Below are positions 10,593-21,612 of a stretch of 64,000 nt of DNA, in pieces; within the stretch, counting starts at the first letter, position 1, and each line of letters begins with the position of its first letter. This stretch comes from an uncultured Alphaproteobacteria bacterium. Its GTDB lineage: Bacteria; Pseudomonadota; Alphaproteobacteria; Rs-D84. Location: the NCBI GenBank assembly GCA_947053455.1, contig CAMRSV010000001.1:113010-177009 (forward strand), written 5' to 3'. The position numbers were made by a program, and so were the translations under genes. A model generated the notes under the pieces. It was not told where the DNA came from. It was given only the letters and a program-made list of their open reading frames with translations, and searched no databases.

Positions 10593-10868
10593 TTATTTCC
10601 CGCGATACGCATCGGCGTCATCGCCCCAATACCACGCGGGGATGCCGTATGTAAATATAAATATTAAAAATACTGTCGGAAATGGGGCACAGCCGGATTC
10701 TATATCCCGCAATTTTTCGACCGTTATACCAATGTCACGCGCAAACTGTTCCAACGATATTTGTGAATTTTCACGTATACTGCGGAAAAGTTCACCCGGC
10801 GGCATCCCGGTATCTTCTAGTGATACCAGTTTTTTTATCCCCGCCATTATATCGGCATTGTTGGTCAT
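10593..10868 (-). CDS. XRE-family helix-turn-helix transcriptional regulator, with a hydrophobic C-terminal tail
   Basis: Cro/C1-type HTH signature ISLEQFARDIGITVEKLRDIESG. Start chosen at MTNNADIM (ATG 10868). Confidence 0.5.
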   Translation of the reverse strand: MTNNADIMAGIKKLVSLEDTGMPPGELFRSIRENSQISLEQFARDIGITVEKLRDIESGCAPFPTVFLIFIFTYGIPAWYWGDDADAYRGK

Positions 10869-10917
10869 GTTTATACCCCCGTTGTGCAAAAACAAAAACC
10901 ACCGAAAAATTTCAAGT

Positions 10918-11060
10918 GGTTGGAGGTTCACGACTATGTAAGAAATAGTGTATGTGTATTCAATATATTTTCACATACCCTCCAACCTAGGATTGGAGAG
11001 ATAGTTTTTTGTCTTATCTAGACATCTTACGCGGAGTCGTGAAACTCCGTGATGGAATTA
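10918..11060. repeat. Structured repeat unit A (long hairpin GGTTGGAGG...CCTCCAACC plus a second hairpin)
   Basis: Near-duplicate of 11122-11245. Second hairpin is GGAGTcgtgaaACTCC. Confidence 0.6.
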
Positions 11061-11121
11061 CCATCAATGATTATTATAGTATATTAGGGAAAAATATCAA
11101 TAAAAAAACCGCTTTATTGCG

Positions 11122-11245
11122 GTTGGAGGTTCACAACTATCGTAAGAAATAGTGTCGTTTATTCATATATATCACGACCCTCCAACCATGGTTGAAGTTT
11201 CTCTTACGAGGGGTTGTGACACCCCACCGATGGAATACCCTTCGG
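11122..11245. repeat. Structured repeat unit B
   Basis: GGTTGGAGGTTCACAACTATCGTAAGAAATAGTGT...CCTCCAACC. The second hairpin GGGGttgtgacaCCCC differs from unit A but keeps pairing. Confidence 0.6.
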
Positions 11246-11286
11246 CACAATTATTATATCAACACAAAAATCAAATTGCAAATTTA

Positions 11287-11321
11287 TTTACCAGATTGCC
11301 ACGCTACGATCGCAATGACAA
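11287..11321. repeat. 35-bp direct repeat copy 2
   Basis: Identical to 10472-10506. Confidence 0.8.
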
Positions 11322-11370
11322 AGCAATCCAGTTAATAATAAAATTTAATAAAGCGCATAATAATATACAT

Positions 11371-11402
11371 CAAAAAACCCGGTGATTTCCGGGTTTTTAT
11401 TA
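11371..11402 (-). terminator. Rho-independent terminator downstream of infB
   Basis: AACCCGG-tgattt-CCGGGTT with a flanking A/T run. Confidence 0.6.
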
Positions 11403-11418
11403 ACATTATGCCGCCACA

Positions 11419-13797
11419 TTACAACTTGGCGCGAACTTCCTCCACCTCATAACATTCGACGCGGTCACCCTCTTTCAAGTCGTTGTACTTGTCAAACGAC
11501 ATACCGAATTCAACGCCGCCAGATACTTCCTTGACTTCGTTCTTTTCGCGACGCAGTTCACCGATTTTACCATCGTATATAACAACGTTGTTGCGCAACA
11601 GGCGTACAAATGCATCCTTTTTTATCATACCCTCGGTCATGCGGCAACCGGCAACACGCGTGCCCTTGCCCACCGTAAACAATTGGATAACGTCGGCGTA
11701 TCCAATAAAGTTCTCGCGACGTTCCGGCGCCAGTTTTCCAGACAATATTTCCTTTACCTCGTCCGTGATACGGTAGACTACACTGTGGTATCTGATGTCG
11801 ACATTCGCACCGCGTGCCATGTCGCGTACGGCCGCATCTGCACGAACATTAAACGCAATTATAACCGCGTTTGATGCCGACGCCAGGCGTATGTCGCCCT
11901 CTGTAATCTGTCCAACGCCAGATGACAAGATTTCAACCCCAGCTTTGTCCGTATTAATTTCGCGCAGCATGTCGGAAATCGCCTCTACACTGCCCTGAAC
12001 ATCAGCGCGCAAAATTATCGGCAAAATCAGCTTCTTATTTTCGTCACGCTTGGCAAACAGTTCTTCTAGCGATGAACGCTTTACCGCATTTGCCTTATCG
12101 CGCGCCTTTTGTGCGCGGTATGCGGCAACTTCACGGGTTTGTGCCTCGGTCTCCATAACACGCAGGTCGTCACCCGCGGCCGGTACCGCATCAAGGCCAA
12201 GTACCACAACTGGTTGACCCGGTTTTACCGATTTAACGCGTTCGCCCGACGAATTTATAAGCCCGCGCACGCGCCCGAATGTTTCGCCGACAACAAACAC
12301 ATCGCCAATCTTTAGCGTTCCCTGACGCATCAAGACGGTTGCAACCGCGCCCAGCCCCTTTTCCATTTTTGCCTCAACCACGTATGCGATGGCCGGCATT
12401 TCCGGGTCGGCTTTCAAATCCATCATTTCCGCCTGCAGCAAAATGGCCTCTTCCAACTTATCCAGATTGATTTTTTTCGTCGCAGAAATTTCAACGCATT
12501 GAATATCACCACCCATTTCTTCAACCTGAACTTCCTGTTGCAACAGGTCTGTTTTTACGCGTTGGGCGTTTGCCTCTGGCAAATCAATTTTGTTAATCGC
12601 AACAATAAACGGAACGTTCGCGGCGCGAATGTGATTAATCGCCTCAATCGTTTGGGGCATTATGGAATCGTTTGCCGCAACAACCAAGACAACAATGTCC
12701 GCCATTTGGGCACCGCGGGCGCGCATGGCCGTAAATGTTTCGTGCCCCGGTGTGTCCAAGAATGTTATTACGGCGCCAGATTTGGTCTTTACCTCGTAGG
12801 AAGATACATGCTGGGTGATACCGCCTGCCTCTGATGCAACAACGTTTGCATTGCGAAACGCGTCCAATAATGATGTTTTACCATGGTCAACGTGTCCAAC
12901 AACGGTTACAACGGGTGCGCGCGGCTGTAATTTTGTCGCATCCGGTTCACGTTCCAAAATATCCGCATAAGGCTTCATATCAACGCGCTTTACCGTTGCA
13001 CCGAATTCGGTCGCAACCAGTTCGGCCGTATCAGCATCAATCGACTGATTTACAGACGCCATCATGCCCATTTCCATCAATTTCTTGATAACATTTCCGA
13101 CCTTTTCTGCCATTGCCGCCGCCAGGTCTTTAACCGTTATCGTATCTCCCAGTTGAACAACACGTTCAACCTTTTGTGGGGCGGCAAACATTGCGCGCGC
13201 CTTTTCCCGGAAACGTTTAAGTGACGCCTCTGATCTGCGGCGGTTCGCACCACGCAGACCGATTTCGTCATCATCGTCATCACCGCCACCCATTACGATG
13301 TCGTGCAGTGATATTTTTCCGGACTTTTTAAAATCACGATTTTTCCCATTGTTAAACTTTGACGGACGGGCGTCATCCTCTTCGCCGCGAGCCGTGCGTC
13401 TCGTAGCCGGCTGCATATTATTTTGGAATTTCTTTGACACCGGTGCGGGTTCAACCGTATCGGCCGCGGGCGCGCCTTCACGTGCAGCCAACTGCTCTTT
13501 TACCTGTTCGTATTCACGCGTCTCTCTGGCAATTTCCGCTTCACGCGCTAGGCGCTGCGCCTCTTCGGCGGCCTCGCGGGCTTTGCGTTCTTCTTCTCTC
13601 GCGCGGGCGGCCTCTAAAACGGCGCGCAGTTTTTCATCGGCCGCATTTCGCGCCGGGGTGGGTGACGCGGGTTCGTCGCGCAATTCACGCGCGCCGGGTG
13701 CCACAACGCGACGACGGCGTTCAACAAAAACCGCGTCGCCCTTCTTACTTGCAACCTGGTCTATGGTCACAGATTTTCCCAGTGTCAATGTTGCCAT
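11419..13797 (-). CDS. infB: Translation initiation factor IF-2
   Basis: 792 aa with G-domain [20 protein letters not shown] and NKID motifs. Confidence 0.9.
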   Translation of the reverse strand: MATLTLGKSVTIDQVASKKGDAVFVERRRRVVAPGARELRDEPASPTPARNAADEKLRAVLEAARAREEERKAREAAEEAQRLAREAEIARETREYEQVKEQLAAREGAPAADTVEPAPVSKKFQNNMQPATRRTARGEEDDARPSKFNNGKNRDFKKSGKISLHDIVMGGGDDDDDEIGLRGANRRRSEASLKRFREKARAMFAAPQKVERVVQLGDTITVKDLAAAMAEKVGNVIKKLMEMGMMASVNQSIDADTAELVATEFGATVKRVDMKPYADILEREPDATKLQPRAPVVTVVGHVDHGKTSLLDAFRNANVVASEAGGITQHVSSYEVKTKSGAVITFLDTPGHETFTAMRARGAQMADIVVLVVAANDSIMPQTIEAINHIRAANVPFIVAINKIDLPEANAQRVKTDLLQQEVQVEEMGGDIQCVEISATKKINLDKLEEAILLQAEMMDLKADPEMPAIAYVVEAKMEKGLGAVATVLMRQGTLKIGDVFVVGETFGRVRGLINSSGERVKSVKPGQPVVVLGLDAVPAAGDDLRVMETEAQTREVAAYRAQKARDKANAVKRSSLEELFAKRDENKKLILPIILRADVQGSVEAISDMLREINTDKAGVEILSSGVGQITEGDIRLASASNAVIIAFNVRADAAVRDMARGANVDIRYHSVVYRITDEVKEILSGKLAPERRENFIGYADVIQLFTVGKGTRVAGCRMTEGMIKKDAFVRLLRNNVVIYDGKIGELRREKNEVKEVSGGVEFGMSFDKYNDLKEGDRVECYEVEEVRAKL

Positions 13798-13836
13798 TTA
13801 ATCTACTCCGTTCAGTTATGTGTTCGGGTTTGTACT

Positions 13837-15372
13837 TTATTCCTCGTCTTGAGTAATGTTATAAACCACCTCGCGAGCCTTCATAATTATACGCGCAGCC
13901 AACCGCGGTGACATTGCGTCTTCGCCCAGAATTTCAATCAGTTCATCAGACGCCAAATCCGCCAGGTCTTCCAGGGACTTTATTCCAGCACGCCCCAGCG
14001 CCATAATTGTGGGCCGCTTTATAAAATCAAACTCCAGCAAATCGTCCTTCATCCCCATCGCATGGCCTTCGTCTTTGTAATCCTGCTCGATTTTGGCCAG
14101 ATAATCCTTGGCACGCTTTTGCAGTTCTGATGCCAGTTCCGCATTGAATCCCTCAATCGCGGTAAGTTCTGCCTCATCAACAAATGCGATTTCTTCGATT
14201 GTGCGGAACCCTTCGGTAATCAGCAGGTGCGCAATCATTTCATCAACATCCAATCCCTTTATAAACAGTTCTGTCTTTTCCTTGAATTCATTGGCGCGGC
14301 GTTCCTGTTCGGTCTGTTCGTTCATGACGTCAATGTTCCATCCCGTCAGTTGGGACGCCAATCGCACGTTCTGCCCGCGACGACCGATGGCCAATGATTG
14401 CTGGTCATCATTTACAACAACGGCCGCTGTGCGTGTGTCTTCATCGACGATAATTTTTGCAACTTTGGCCGGCTGCATCGCATTTACAATGAACACCGCC
14501 GGGTCTTCGGAATATAAAATAACGTCGATTTTTTCACCATGACATTCGTTAATAACCGGCTGAATACGTGTACCCTTGATACCGACCGTCATGCCGACTG
14601 CATCAATTGACGGATCCTGGGTTTCAACGGCGATTTTCGCGTGCGAACCCGGTGCACGTGCAACAGATTTGATTTTGATTATGCCCTCGTAAATTTCGGG
14701 TACTTCCTGAACAAACAGTTTTTCCATAAACATAGGATGCGTACGGGTCAGGAAAATCTGCGGACCGGAATTGGAACGCGCAACATCCATAATCAGCGCG
14801 CGCACACGGTCACCCACCGCTAGGCGTTCGCCCGGTATCAATTCAGTGCCCTTGATATACCCTTCGGCCTTGCCGTTAATGTCAACAAATATATTGCCGA
14901 ATTCTACACGCTTTACAACACCGGATACAATATCACCGATATTATCTTTGAATTCTTCGTACTGGCGCCCCTTTTCTGCGTCGCGCACGCGTGCTGTCAT
15001 TATCTGGCGCGCGGTCTGGAACGCCATACGGCCAAATTCTGGTTCCGGCAACGGATCTTCAACAAATTCACCAATAATTGGGTTTTTAGAATACTTTTTA
15101 GCCTGCGCAACCGTCAACATTGTGTTAGCATCATATTCTTCAACAGATTGCGGGGATTCAATAACCTCGAACAAGCGTTTAACATAAATCGCACCGTTTT
15201 TACGGTCAATATGCGCCGTGATATTGAACTCTTCGCCATACTTGTGCTTGGCGATTTTGGCGATTGCCGCCTCTAATGATTCTATAACAATTTCACGGTC
15301 TATCAGTTTTTCCTGGGCCAGGGAATCGATAGCCAGCAGCAAATCCTGACGGGGCATTGAAACAAAAGACAT
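13837..15372 (-). CDS. nusA: Transcription termination/antitermination factor NusA
   Basis: 511 aa with S1 and KH domains. Conserved order nusA-infB. Confidence 0.85.
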   Translation of the reverse strand: MSFVSMPRQDLLLAIDSLAQEKLIDREIVIESLEAAIAKIAKHKYGEEFNITAHIDRKNGAIYVKRLFEVIESPQSVEEYDANTMLTVAQAKKYSKNPIIGEFVEDPLPEPEFGRMAFQTARQIMTARVRDAEKGRQYEEFKDNIGDIVSGVVKRVEFGNIFVDINGKAEGYIKGTELIPGERLAVGDRVRALIMDVARSNSGPQIFLTRTHPMFMEKLFVQEVPEIYEGIIKIKSVARAPGSHAKIAVETQDPSIDAVGMTVGIKGTRIQPVINECHGEKIDVILYSEDPAVFIVNAMQPAKVAKIIVDEDTRTAAVVVNDDQQSLAIGRRGQNVRLASQLTGWNIDVMNEQTEQERRANEFKEKTELFIKGLDVDEMIAHLLITEGFRTIEEIAFVDEAELTAIEGFNAELASELQKRAKDYLAKIEQDYKDEGHAMGMKDDLLEFDFIKRPTIMALGRAGIKSLEDLADLASDELIEILGEDAMSPRLAARIIMKAREVVYNITQDEE

Positions 15373-15523
15373 TTGTTTTTCTCCTTGCTTGTATTAAACG
15401 CCTTTATGATTAAGGGCGAGGTTTTTTAACCCCGCCCTTAAAAAATTATTTTTTAAGAACAATTAGATTATACATCCCGATTACGCAAATGCAAGGAAAA
15501 AGTCAAAAAAAACATTAAATTAT

Positions 15524-16618
15524 TTGACGGTCGGGCTTTTGGGCTTTATACTGCAAAATATGAAAATTATTAATCGATATTTTTTGCGCCAATTGGTGAC
15601 CATTTTTATAATGCTGCTGATGGTTCTGACGGGGCTGGCCTGGATGGTGCAGATTATGGCACTGATGAAATTCCTGCTGAACTATGGCGTTAATGTGACA
15701 AGTTTCCTGGGGCTAACCATTTTAATGGTGCCGTTTATCGTGTCTATTATAGTTCCGTTCGTAACATTTATCGCCGTTATTTTCGTATACAATAAAATGA
15801 TTGCCGATAACGAGATAACCGTCATGGCGGCATCAACCCTGTCACCGGCACAGATTGCGCGCCCGGCACTAAAATTGGCAACGGTACTGACGGTGATAAA
15901 TTTCATTTTAAACCTGTGGGTGGTTCCGGCATCCCAACGACAATTTTATAACACACAATGGAATCTGCGATATGGTCTGGCGCATATGAAATTACAGGAA
16001 TCGGCCTTTACGCAATTATCGCGCGGACTGGTGGTATATGTGGACAAAGTGTCCGGGCACGATTTGTCACAGGTAATGCTGTCCGACATGCGCGACGAAA
16101 AATCGACAATGACGATATTTGCAGAAAAGGGAAAACTAGTTTCAACCAGCCGCGGTCTGTCAATCATAATGGACAATGGTTCCATTCAATCAACGGGCGA
16201 CACCGTGGCAATCGGAACGTTTGAATCATTTGACATGGATTTAAACGTTGCAGAAAAGAATATTGATGACGCGTTCCGTGTTCGGCGGGTGCCGACGGGC
16301 GCGTTGCTGTCTTCGGTTCTGGATTCACCGACCGCCAAACGTCACAAAGTTGTTGTAGGTGAACTGGCGAACCGCTTTATCATGCCGTTTATGAATCTGC
16401 TGCTGGTGGCGTTGTGTACATTAATTTTACTGCGTACATCATTGTTGCGTCGCCGTGCCAGTTTTGCGCCCGTATTGGCCGTTGGCGCAATGGCCAGCAC
16501 AATGGGACTGTTCATGGCCGCATCCAGTATGATTGAAAATTTGACGCAGTTAGGGTTGCTGGCCTTAACAGTGGCAATAGCGATAACTGTTGTATTTGGT
16601 GTATTATATAAGAAATGA
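15524..16618 (+). CDS. LptF/LptG-family LPS export permease (YjgP/YjgQ)
   Basis: Six-TM permease followed by lptD. A likely true start is ATG 15560 (MKIINRYF). Confidence 0.7.
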   Translation: MTVGLLGFILQNMKIINRYFLRQLVTIFIMLLMVLTGLAWMVQIMALMKFLLNYGVNVTSFLGLTILMVPFIVSIIVPFVTFIAVIFVYNKMIADNEITVMAASTLSPAQIARPALKLATVLTVINFILNLWVVPASQRQFYNTQWNLRYGLAHMKLQESAFTQLSRGLVVYVDKVSGHDLSQVMLSDMRDEKSTMTIFAEKGKLVSTSRGLSIIMDNGSIQSTGDTVAIGTFESFDMDLNVAEKNIDDAFRVRRVPTGALLSSVLDSPTAKRHKVVVGELANRFIMPFMNLLLVALCTLILLRTSLLRRRASFAPVLAVGAMASTMGLFMAASSMIENLTQLGLLALTVAIAITVVFGVLYKK

Positions 16619-18627
16619 AAATCAGTATCGCCTTTTTTGCCATATTGCCGATTTGCGCGAACGCCATAGCCGCGCCCATGGATTTCAATACCCCAAAAAC
16701 AATAACTGCCGATAAAATAGAATATGACATAAAGTCCGAATCCATAAAAACCAGCGGCACAACAGAAATCGTAAATGCCGGCGGCGGACGCGTAACACTT
16801 ACGGATTCATACCTGTCACAACGGGGCGCCGAACTGTCCGGTGACGATATAAAAATATGGCTGGGGCAGCATATTTATCTTGAATCAGATAACATAACGC
16901 GCGAAAACAATAAAACAATTGCACGCGACGCACTATTTACGGCATGCGATGGTTGCAATCCGATTGGCAACGCATGGGAAATCAGTGCAACCAAAATAAT
17001 ATATGATGAAACCGATGAAATGATGCGGTTTCACAATCCGGTATTCTGGATATACAACGCACCGATTATCTGGATTCCATACTATGAAATGCCCGGCCCC
17101 GGCGTAAAATATAAAAGCGGTTTGTTAATGCCGGGCTTTGAATCAACCAATAACATGGGCAGCCAGATTAACCTGCCGATTTACATAAACTTTTCCGATA
17201 CACATGACGCAACACTTACACTGTCATATTTGACCAAGGAAAATCCCCTGTTTCAGTTGCAGCATCGGTTAAACCTGCCACATTCGGAATTCCGAACAAA
17301 GGGCTCTTTTACGCGCAATCGCCAAGGCGAAAACCGTTGGCACATATTTAACAATGATGTTATAGAAATGGGGCCATATGCGCGGGCATCAATATTCCTG
17401 GAACGCGCATCGGATAAAACATACCTGCAAAAATATGGATTCTATGACGATCAGCCATATTTGGATTCTGGTGCAAAGTTGGAATTGTTTGGCGTGTCCA
17501 GCTATATCGTTGCAGATGCGCATATCTTCCAGGAACTGCGCAGTACGTCTGTAAATTATTCAACGCCGTCTGGTAACATTTTGCCCAATGTGCGCGCCGT
17601 ATATCAGACCAAGCCGATATACAAGGAAACCTATGCCACTTTTGGTGGCGACGTTCTGGGAATATACGACGACGGCACAACCAGCCAACGCTTAATCGGC
17701 GAAGCGCGCATTGTATCACCATGGACGCTATGGGGCGGCAACCGCATAACGGCAAGCGTTGCCACACGATATGATATATATAATTTTAGCAACACGGACA
17801 TGATTGATGGCGACAAGTTCACGGGGCTAAAGACAAGGTTCCTGCCCAGTGGATATGTGGAATGGGGGTTGCCAATGTTTCGCCCAACATCAACATGGAC
17901 ACAAATTCTGGAACCGCGCGCAAGACTGACGATAATGCGCCATACAGATAAAGACCAATTTGCACTGAACAATGATTCGGCGGGCGCGTTTTTATCGGAC
18001 ACCACATTGTTTTCAGATAATCGGTTTGCGGGTCTTGATTTATGGGAAAACGGAACCTTTGCCGATTACGGTGTGCGTTGGGCGGCGTTCAACGACAAGG
18101 GGCATAATTTCGAATTGTTTTTTGGGCAAACATATGACTTCACCGATCGTGCCGCCACAGATTCAAACAGCGGATTTTTTAACGGTCAATCTGACTATGT
18201 CGGGCGAATCAATTATTCAAATTCAAAGTGGGTTGATTTATCAACAAGATTCCGCTTTGGGCGGGACAATTTTGCACTGCGCCACATGGAAACAAGCGCG
18301 GTTATCGGAACCCAGCGAAACTATTTCAACATAGGCCATATCTGGTCACAGCGTTTCATAGACGAACAAACACTGGGTGACGATATAAACGAAGCAATAA
18401 CAGGGATTGGTATCCAATTGACTGGGCGATGGTCTGTGCGCTTTAATGCGGCATATAACTTTGAGGAAGGAATGTTCCAGCGCCACACGGGCGAACTGCA
18501 TTATGATCACCCGTGCTATTATCTGATATTCGGATATCGCCGGGACAATGCATCCAAGGAAGACTATGTAGGAAATACAACCTACCAGTTCCGTTTTGGT
18601 ATGAGCATAGAGGGGCAGCGCTATTAA
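16615..18627 (+). CDS. lptD: LPS-assembly protein LptD (OstA/Imp)
   Basis: Signal peptide, 670 aa beta-barrel, OstA-like N-terminus, aromatic C-terminus. Start overlaps the permease stop. Confidence 0.8.
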   Translation: MKISIAFFAILPICANAIAAPMDFNTPKTITADKIEYDIKSESIKTSGTTEIVNAGGGRVTLTDSYLSQRGAELSGDDIKIWLGQHIYLESDNITRENNKTIARDALFTACDGCNPIGNAWEISATKIIYDETDEMMRFHNPVFWIYNAPIIWIPYYEMPGPGVKYKSGLLMPGFESTNNMGSQINLPIYINFSDTHDATLTLSYLTKENPLFQLQHRLNLPHSEFRTKGSFTRNRQGENRWHIFNNDVIEMGPYARASIFLERASDKTYLQKYGFYDDQPYLDSGAKLELFGVSSYIVADAHIFQELRSTSVNYSTPSGNILPNVRAVYQTKPIYKETYATFGGDVLGIYDDGTTSQRLIGEARIVSPWTLWGGNRITASVATRYDIYNFSNTDMIDGDKFTGLKTRFLPSGYVEWGLPMFRPTSTWTQILEPRARLTIMRHTDKDQFALNNDSAGAFLSDTTLFSDNRFAGLDLWENGTFADYGVRWAAFNDKGHNFELFFGQTYDFTDRAATDSNSGFFNGQSDYVGRINYSNSKWVDLSTRFRFGRDNFALRHMETSAVIGTQRNYFNIGHIWSQRFIDEQTLGDDINEAITGIGIQLTGRWSVRFNAAYNFEEGMFQRHTGELHYDHPCYYLIFGYRRDNASKEDYVGNTTYQFRFGMSIEGQRY

Positions 18628-18654
18628 ACGCTGCACCACAAAAGGAAGAGAAAA

Positions 18655-19473
18655 ATGAAAAAAATATTAATACTGATTGCGGCATTGTTTATTGCGCCAG
18701 CGCATGCCGCCAGCATTATCGCAACGGTTGCCGGCACCCCCATAACAGATGCGGATGTGACCGCACGCACAAAACTTATGGCACGCCAAGGCAATGCACC
18801 CGCCGATAATCGCCGGGTGGCGCTGCAAAACATCATTGACGATTACATAAAAACCTCCTATGCGTCAAATTTTGATGCGGTTCCAGACGACAAGACAGTT
18901 GAACAAGAATTAAAGAAAATGAACATGGACGGCATGTCGGCGACAGAATTGGAAATGACACGACGCGCGTTAAAGGCGGATATCGCATGGCAGATTGTGG
19001 TTGCACGCACCATTTTGCCGACGATTGAAACATCTTCGGACGAGATAAACGCAGAAAAACGTGCCCTGGCGGCAGAGCATGGATTGCCCCTGGAAATGAC
19101 GATAATCCGCCTGATTGACATACCGGCCAGCGCGGCAGATAAACTAACCAAACCTAAAAGTTGCGATGATGCGTTGAAAATGGCGGAAAGTTTGGGTGGG
19201 GCCCCGCAAAAATTCACTGCGATGCAGTATGAATTGTCACGTGACATTCGTGAACGCGTCGCGGGATTACCTAATCTTGTATGGTCGCCGCGTATTGATG
19301 ATTCTGTTTTACTGGTGTGCAGTTCCAAAAAGACGGCCGAATATGGAAAAATAGACGAGATAATAAAACAGAACACAATGTTCAAGCGCGCTATGTTTAT
19401 CGCCGACCAGCAATTAAAACAACTGCGCCGCAAAGCGGTTATAGTAATAAATGACGACAGATACAAATTATAA
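18655..19473 (+). CDS. SurA N-terminal-domain periplasmic chaperone (no obvious PPIase domain)
   Basis: Signal peptide. Sits in the conserved lptD-surA neighbourhood. 272 aa. Confidence 0.5.
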   Translation: MKKILILIAALFIAPAHAASIIATVAGTPITDADVTARTKLMARQGNAPADNRRVALQNIIDDYIKTSYASNFDAVPDDKTVEQELKKMNMDGMSATELEMTRRALKADIAWQIVVARTILPTIETSSDEINAEKRALAAEHGLPLEMTIIRLIDIPASAADKLTKPKSCDDALKMAESLGGAPQKFTAMQYELSRDIRERVAGLPNLVWSPRIDDSVLLVCSSKKTAEYGKIDEIIKQNTMFKRAMFIADQQLKQLRRKAVIVINDDRYKL

Positions 19474-19487
19474 ATAAGGGGCATAAT

Positions 19488-19847
19488 ATGAAACCAACAG
19501 ATAAAAAAACAAATACTACGCGGGCAAATAAAGCCATACTTACCCTATCTCTGGCGCTATCTTGTTTGGTTGCAGCGGACTTGGTAACATCGGCTGAACG
19601 TACACGGGATATTATGAGAAAAATGAACTCTCTGCAGGAACAAAGGGATTATCTGCGCACAATGATAAGTATTTCTGATACACTCATAACACGATACAAT
19701 TCAACCGCAGCGCGCAAGGCAGCACGGGACGCATCCTATGAATTACAGAAAATTGACAGCGCATATAATCGGGCTGTAATGGAATATGATGCAAACAAAA
19801 TGTATCTTCAGCGCATAATTGATAAAATCCAATCAAAAGAAAAATAA
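19488..19847 (+). CDS. Hypothetical small protein with N-terminal hydrophobic segment
   Basis: ORF only. Coiled-coil-like C-terminus. Confidence 0.3.
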   Translation: MKPTDKKTNTTRANKAILTLSLALSCLVAADLVTSAERTRDIMRKMNSLQEQRDYLRTMISISDTLITRYNSTAARKAARDASYELQKIDSAYNRAVMEYDANKMYLQRIIDKIQSKEK

Positions 19848-19852
19848 TTATA

Positions 19853-20965
19853 ATGTCAAACAAACCCATTTTGTTTAACATGACCGGCGGCGAATTGGAA
19901 AAGTTTGTCACCGACATGGGACAGCCGCGTTTTCGTGCGACGCAAATAAGCCAATGGTTGCAACGTGGTGCGCCAAATGCGGCGGCGATGAAAAATCTGC
20001 CGGAAACTTTGCGGCACGATTTGGATGCGGTGGCGCAAACACTGCCCGTACAGATTGTAAAAAAACTGCAATCGGCAGACGGCGAAACAACTAAATTTTT
20101 GCTGCAACTGCAGGACGGCGAACAAATCGAATGTGTTCTGATGCGTACAACATACGGCAACAGCGTATGCGTCAGTTCCCAGGCTGGATGCGCCATGGGT
20201 TGCAAATTCTGTGCCAGTACACTGCTGGGGCTGAAACGAAATCTGTCCGTAAACGAAATACTTGCCCAGGTATTGATTGCACAATGGGAACTGCGCAGCG
20301 CGCATGCAACAAAATGCAACAGCCGCCCAAACGGCGATGCGAACAACGGCGATGTGTCACATATAGTGATAATGGGCACGGGTGAACCACTGCAAAACAC
20401 CGAAAATGTAATCGGTTTTATTGAACGGGCAAATGCAGACCTTGGCATCGGGTGGCGGCGAATAACATTATCCACATGCGGCGTCGTTCCCGGCATACGC
20501 GATTTGATAAACTGGGGCCGGCCAATAAATTTGGCAATATCACTGCATGCGCCAACCGATGAATTACGCAGTCAAATTATGCCAATAAACAATCGCTATA
20601 AACTAAACGAAGTGTTGGCGGCGGCGGATGATTTTGCCGCACTGCATAATCGGCAATTGATGATAGAATACATACTGCTGGGGCGTCGTGATGAAAATGG
20701 TGACACAGTTTTATATAATTCATCGCCCGAACATGCGGAACAATTGTCAAAATTACTGGCGGGAAAAAATTGCATGGTAAACTTGATACCATGGAACGCG
20801 GTTGATGAGCGTGATTTCGCATCCATTTCGGGTAATGCGGTACACCGTTTTCAGGACACGCTGATTAAAAACGGAATTCATACGCGCATTCGCCGGGAAC
20901 GCGGCACAGACATCGGCAGTGCATGCGGGCAACTGCGACTGAACAGCGCCCGAAAAAAAGATTAA
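19853..20965 (+). CDS. rlmN: Dual-specificity rRNA/tRNA adenine-C2 methyltransferase RlmN (radical SAM)
   Basis: CAMGCKFCAST radical-SAM motif. 370 aa. Confidence 0.85.
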   Translation: MSNKPILFNMTGGELEKFVTDMGQPRFRATQISQWLQRGAPNAAAMKNLPETLRHDLDAVAQTLPVQIVKKLQSADGETTKFLLQLQDGEQIECVLMRTTYGNSVCVSSQAGCAMGCKFCASTLLGLKRNLSVNEILAQVLIAQWELRSAHATKCNSRPNGDANNGDVSHIVIMGTGEPLQNTENVIGFIERANADLGIGWRRITLSTCGVVPGIRDLINWGRPINLAISLHAPTDELRSQIMPINNRYKLNEVLAAADDFAALHNRQLMIEYILLGRRDENGDTVLYNSSPEHAEQLSKLLAGKNCMVNLIPWNAVDERDFASISGNAVHRFQDTLIKNGIHTRIRRERGTDIGSACGQLRLNSARKKD

Positions 20966-20995
20966 TCCGCCATATGGCGGATTTTTATTTCTCTT
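20964..20995 (+). terminator. Terminator after rlmN
   Basis: Perfect palindrome ATCCGCCATATGGCGGAT followed by TTTTTATTT. Confidence 0.6.
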
Positions 20996-21236
20996 TAATC
21001 TTTGCCTGCGCTCTTAAATATTTAGAAACAATAAAAAATTGTTGCGCACATGGAACATGTTCCTTGCGTTTCTTGCGGTTTATGCAATCACCCCCGCGAT
21101 GTCCACATCCCCATCCGCATGACATAATATATTTGCCCGGCACAACATCAATATTCGACGAAATTTCATCGGGACGAACCGTCATCAACATATTGTCCAA
21201 CACCCCGCGTGTTATACAGCACTTCGGATATTGAAA

Positions 21237-21533
21237 CTACCTCTGTCTTGAATCAACTAATTTAAATTTCACGCCGTGCCACATTGTATCGACATTTCCA
21301 CAAGGAAAAACGTTTAATTTACATTCAGTTTGACTAATATCTGATTTCGGTGCCGTAATAACACGCGCCGATGCCGACGGGTCACCAAAAATCACATGAG
21401 TATATTTCGCGGACACCATGCACAACATTGAAATACATGCTAAAATAATCGTCGCAGAACGTTCCGGATATTTATCCAGGGCGCGACTTGTCAACCTATC
21501 AAAATTTACCAAAATTCTATTCATTTTTTGCAA
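21237..21533 (-). CDS. Hypothetical small membrane protein at the distal end of the pilus-like cluster
   Basis: ORF with one hydrophobic segment. No canonical prepilin leader. Confidence 0.25.
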   Translation of the reverse strand: MQKMNRILVNFDRLTSRALDKYPERSATIILACISMLCMVSAKYTHVIFGDPSASARVITAPKSDISQTECKLNVFPCGNVDTMWHGVKFKLVDSRQR

Positions 21534-21612
21534 ACACTTATCAGTCTATATTTTTCATACACAAAAATATAGACAAAATTTGCAAAATGTCGACTATTTT
21601 ATATAAAAATTA

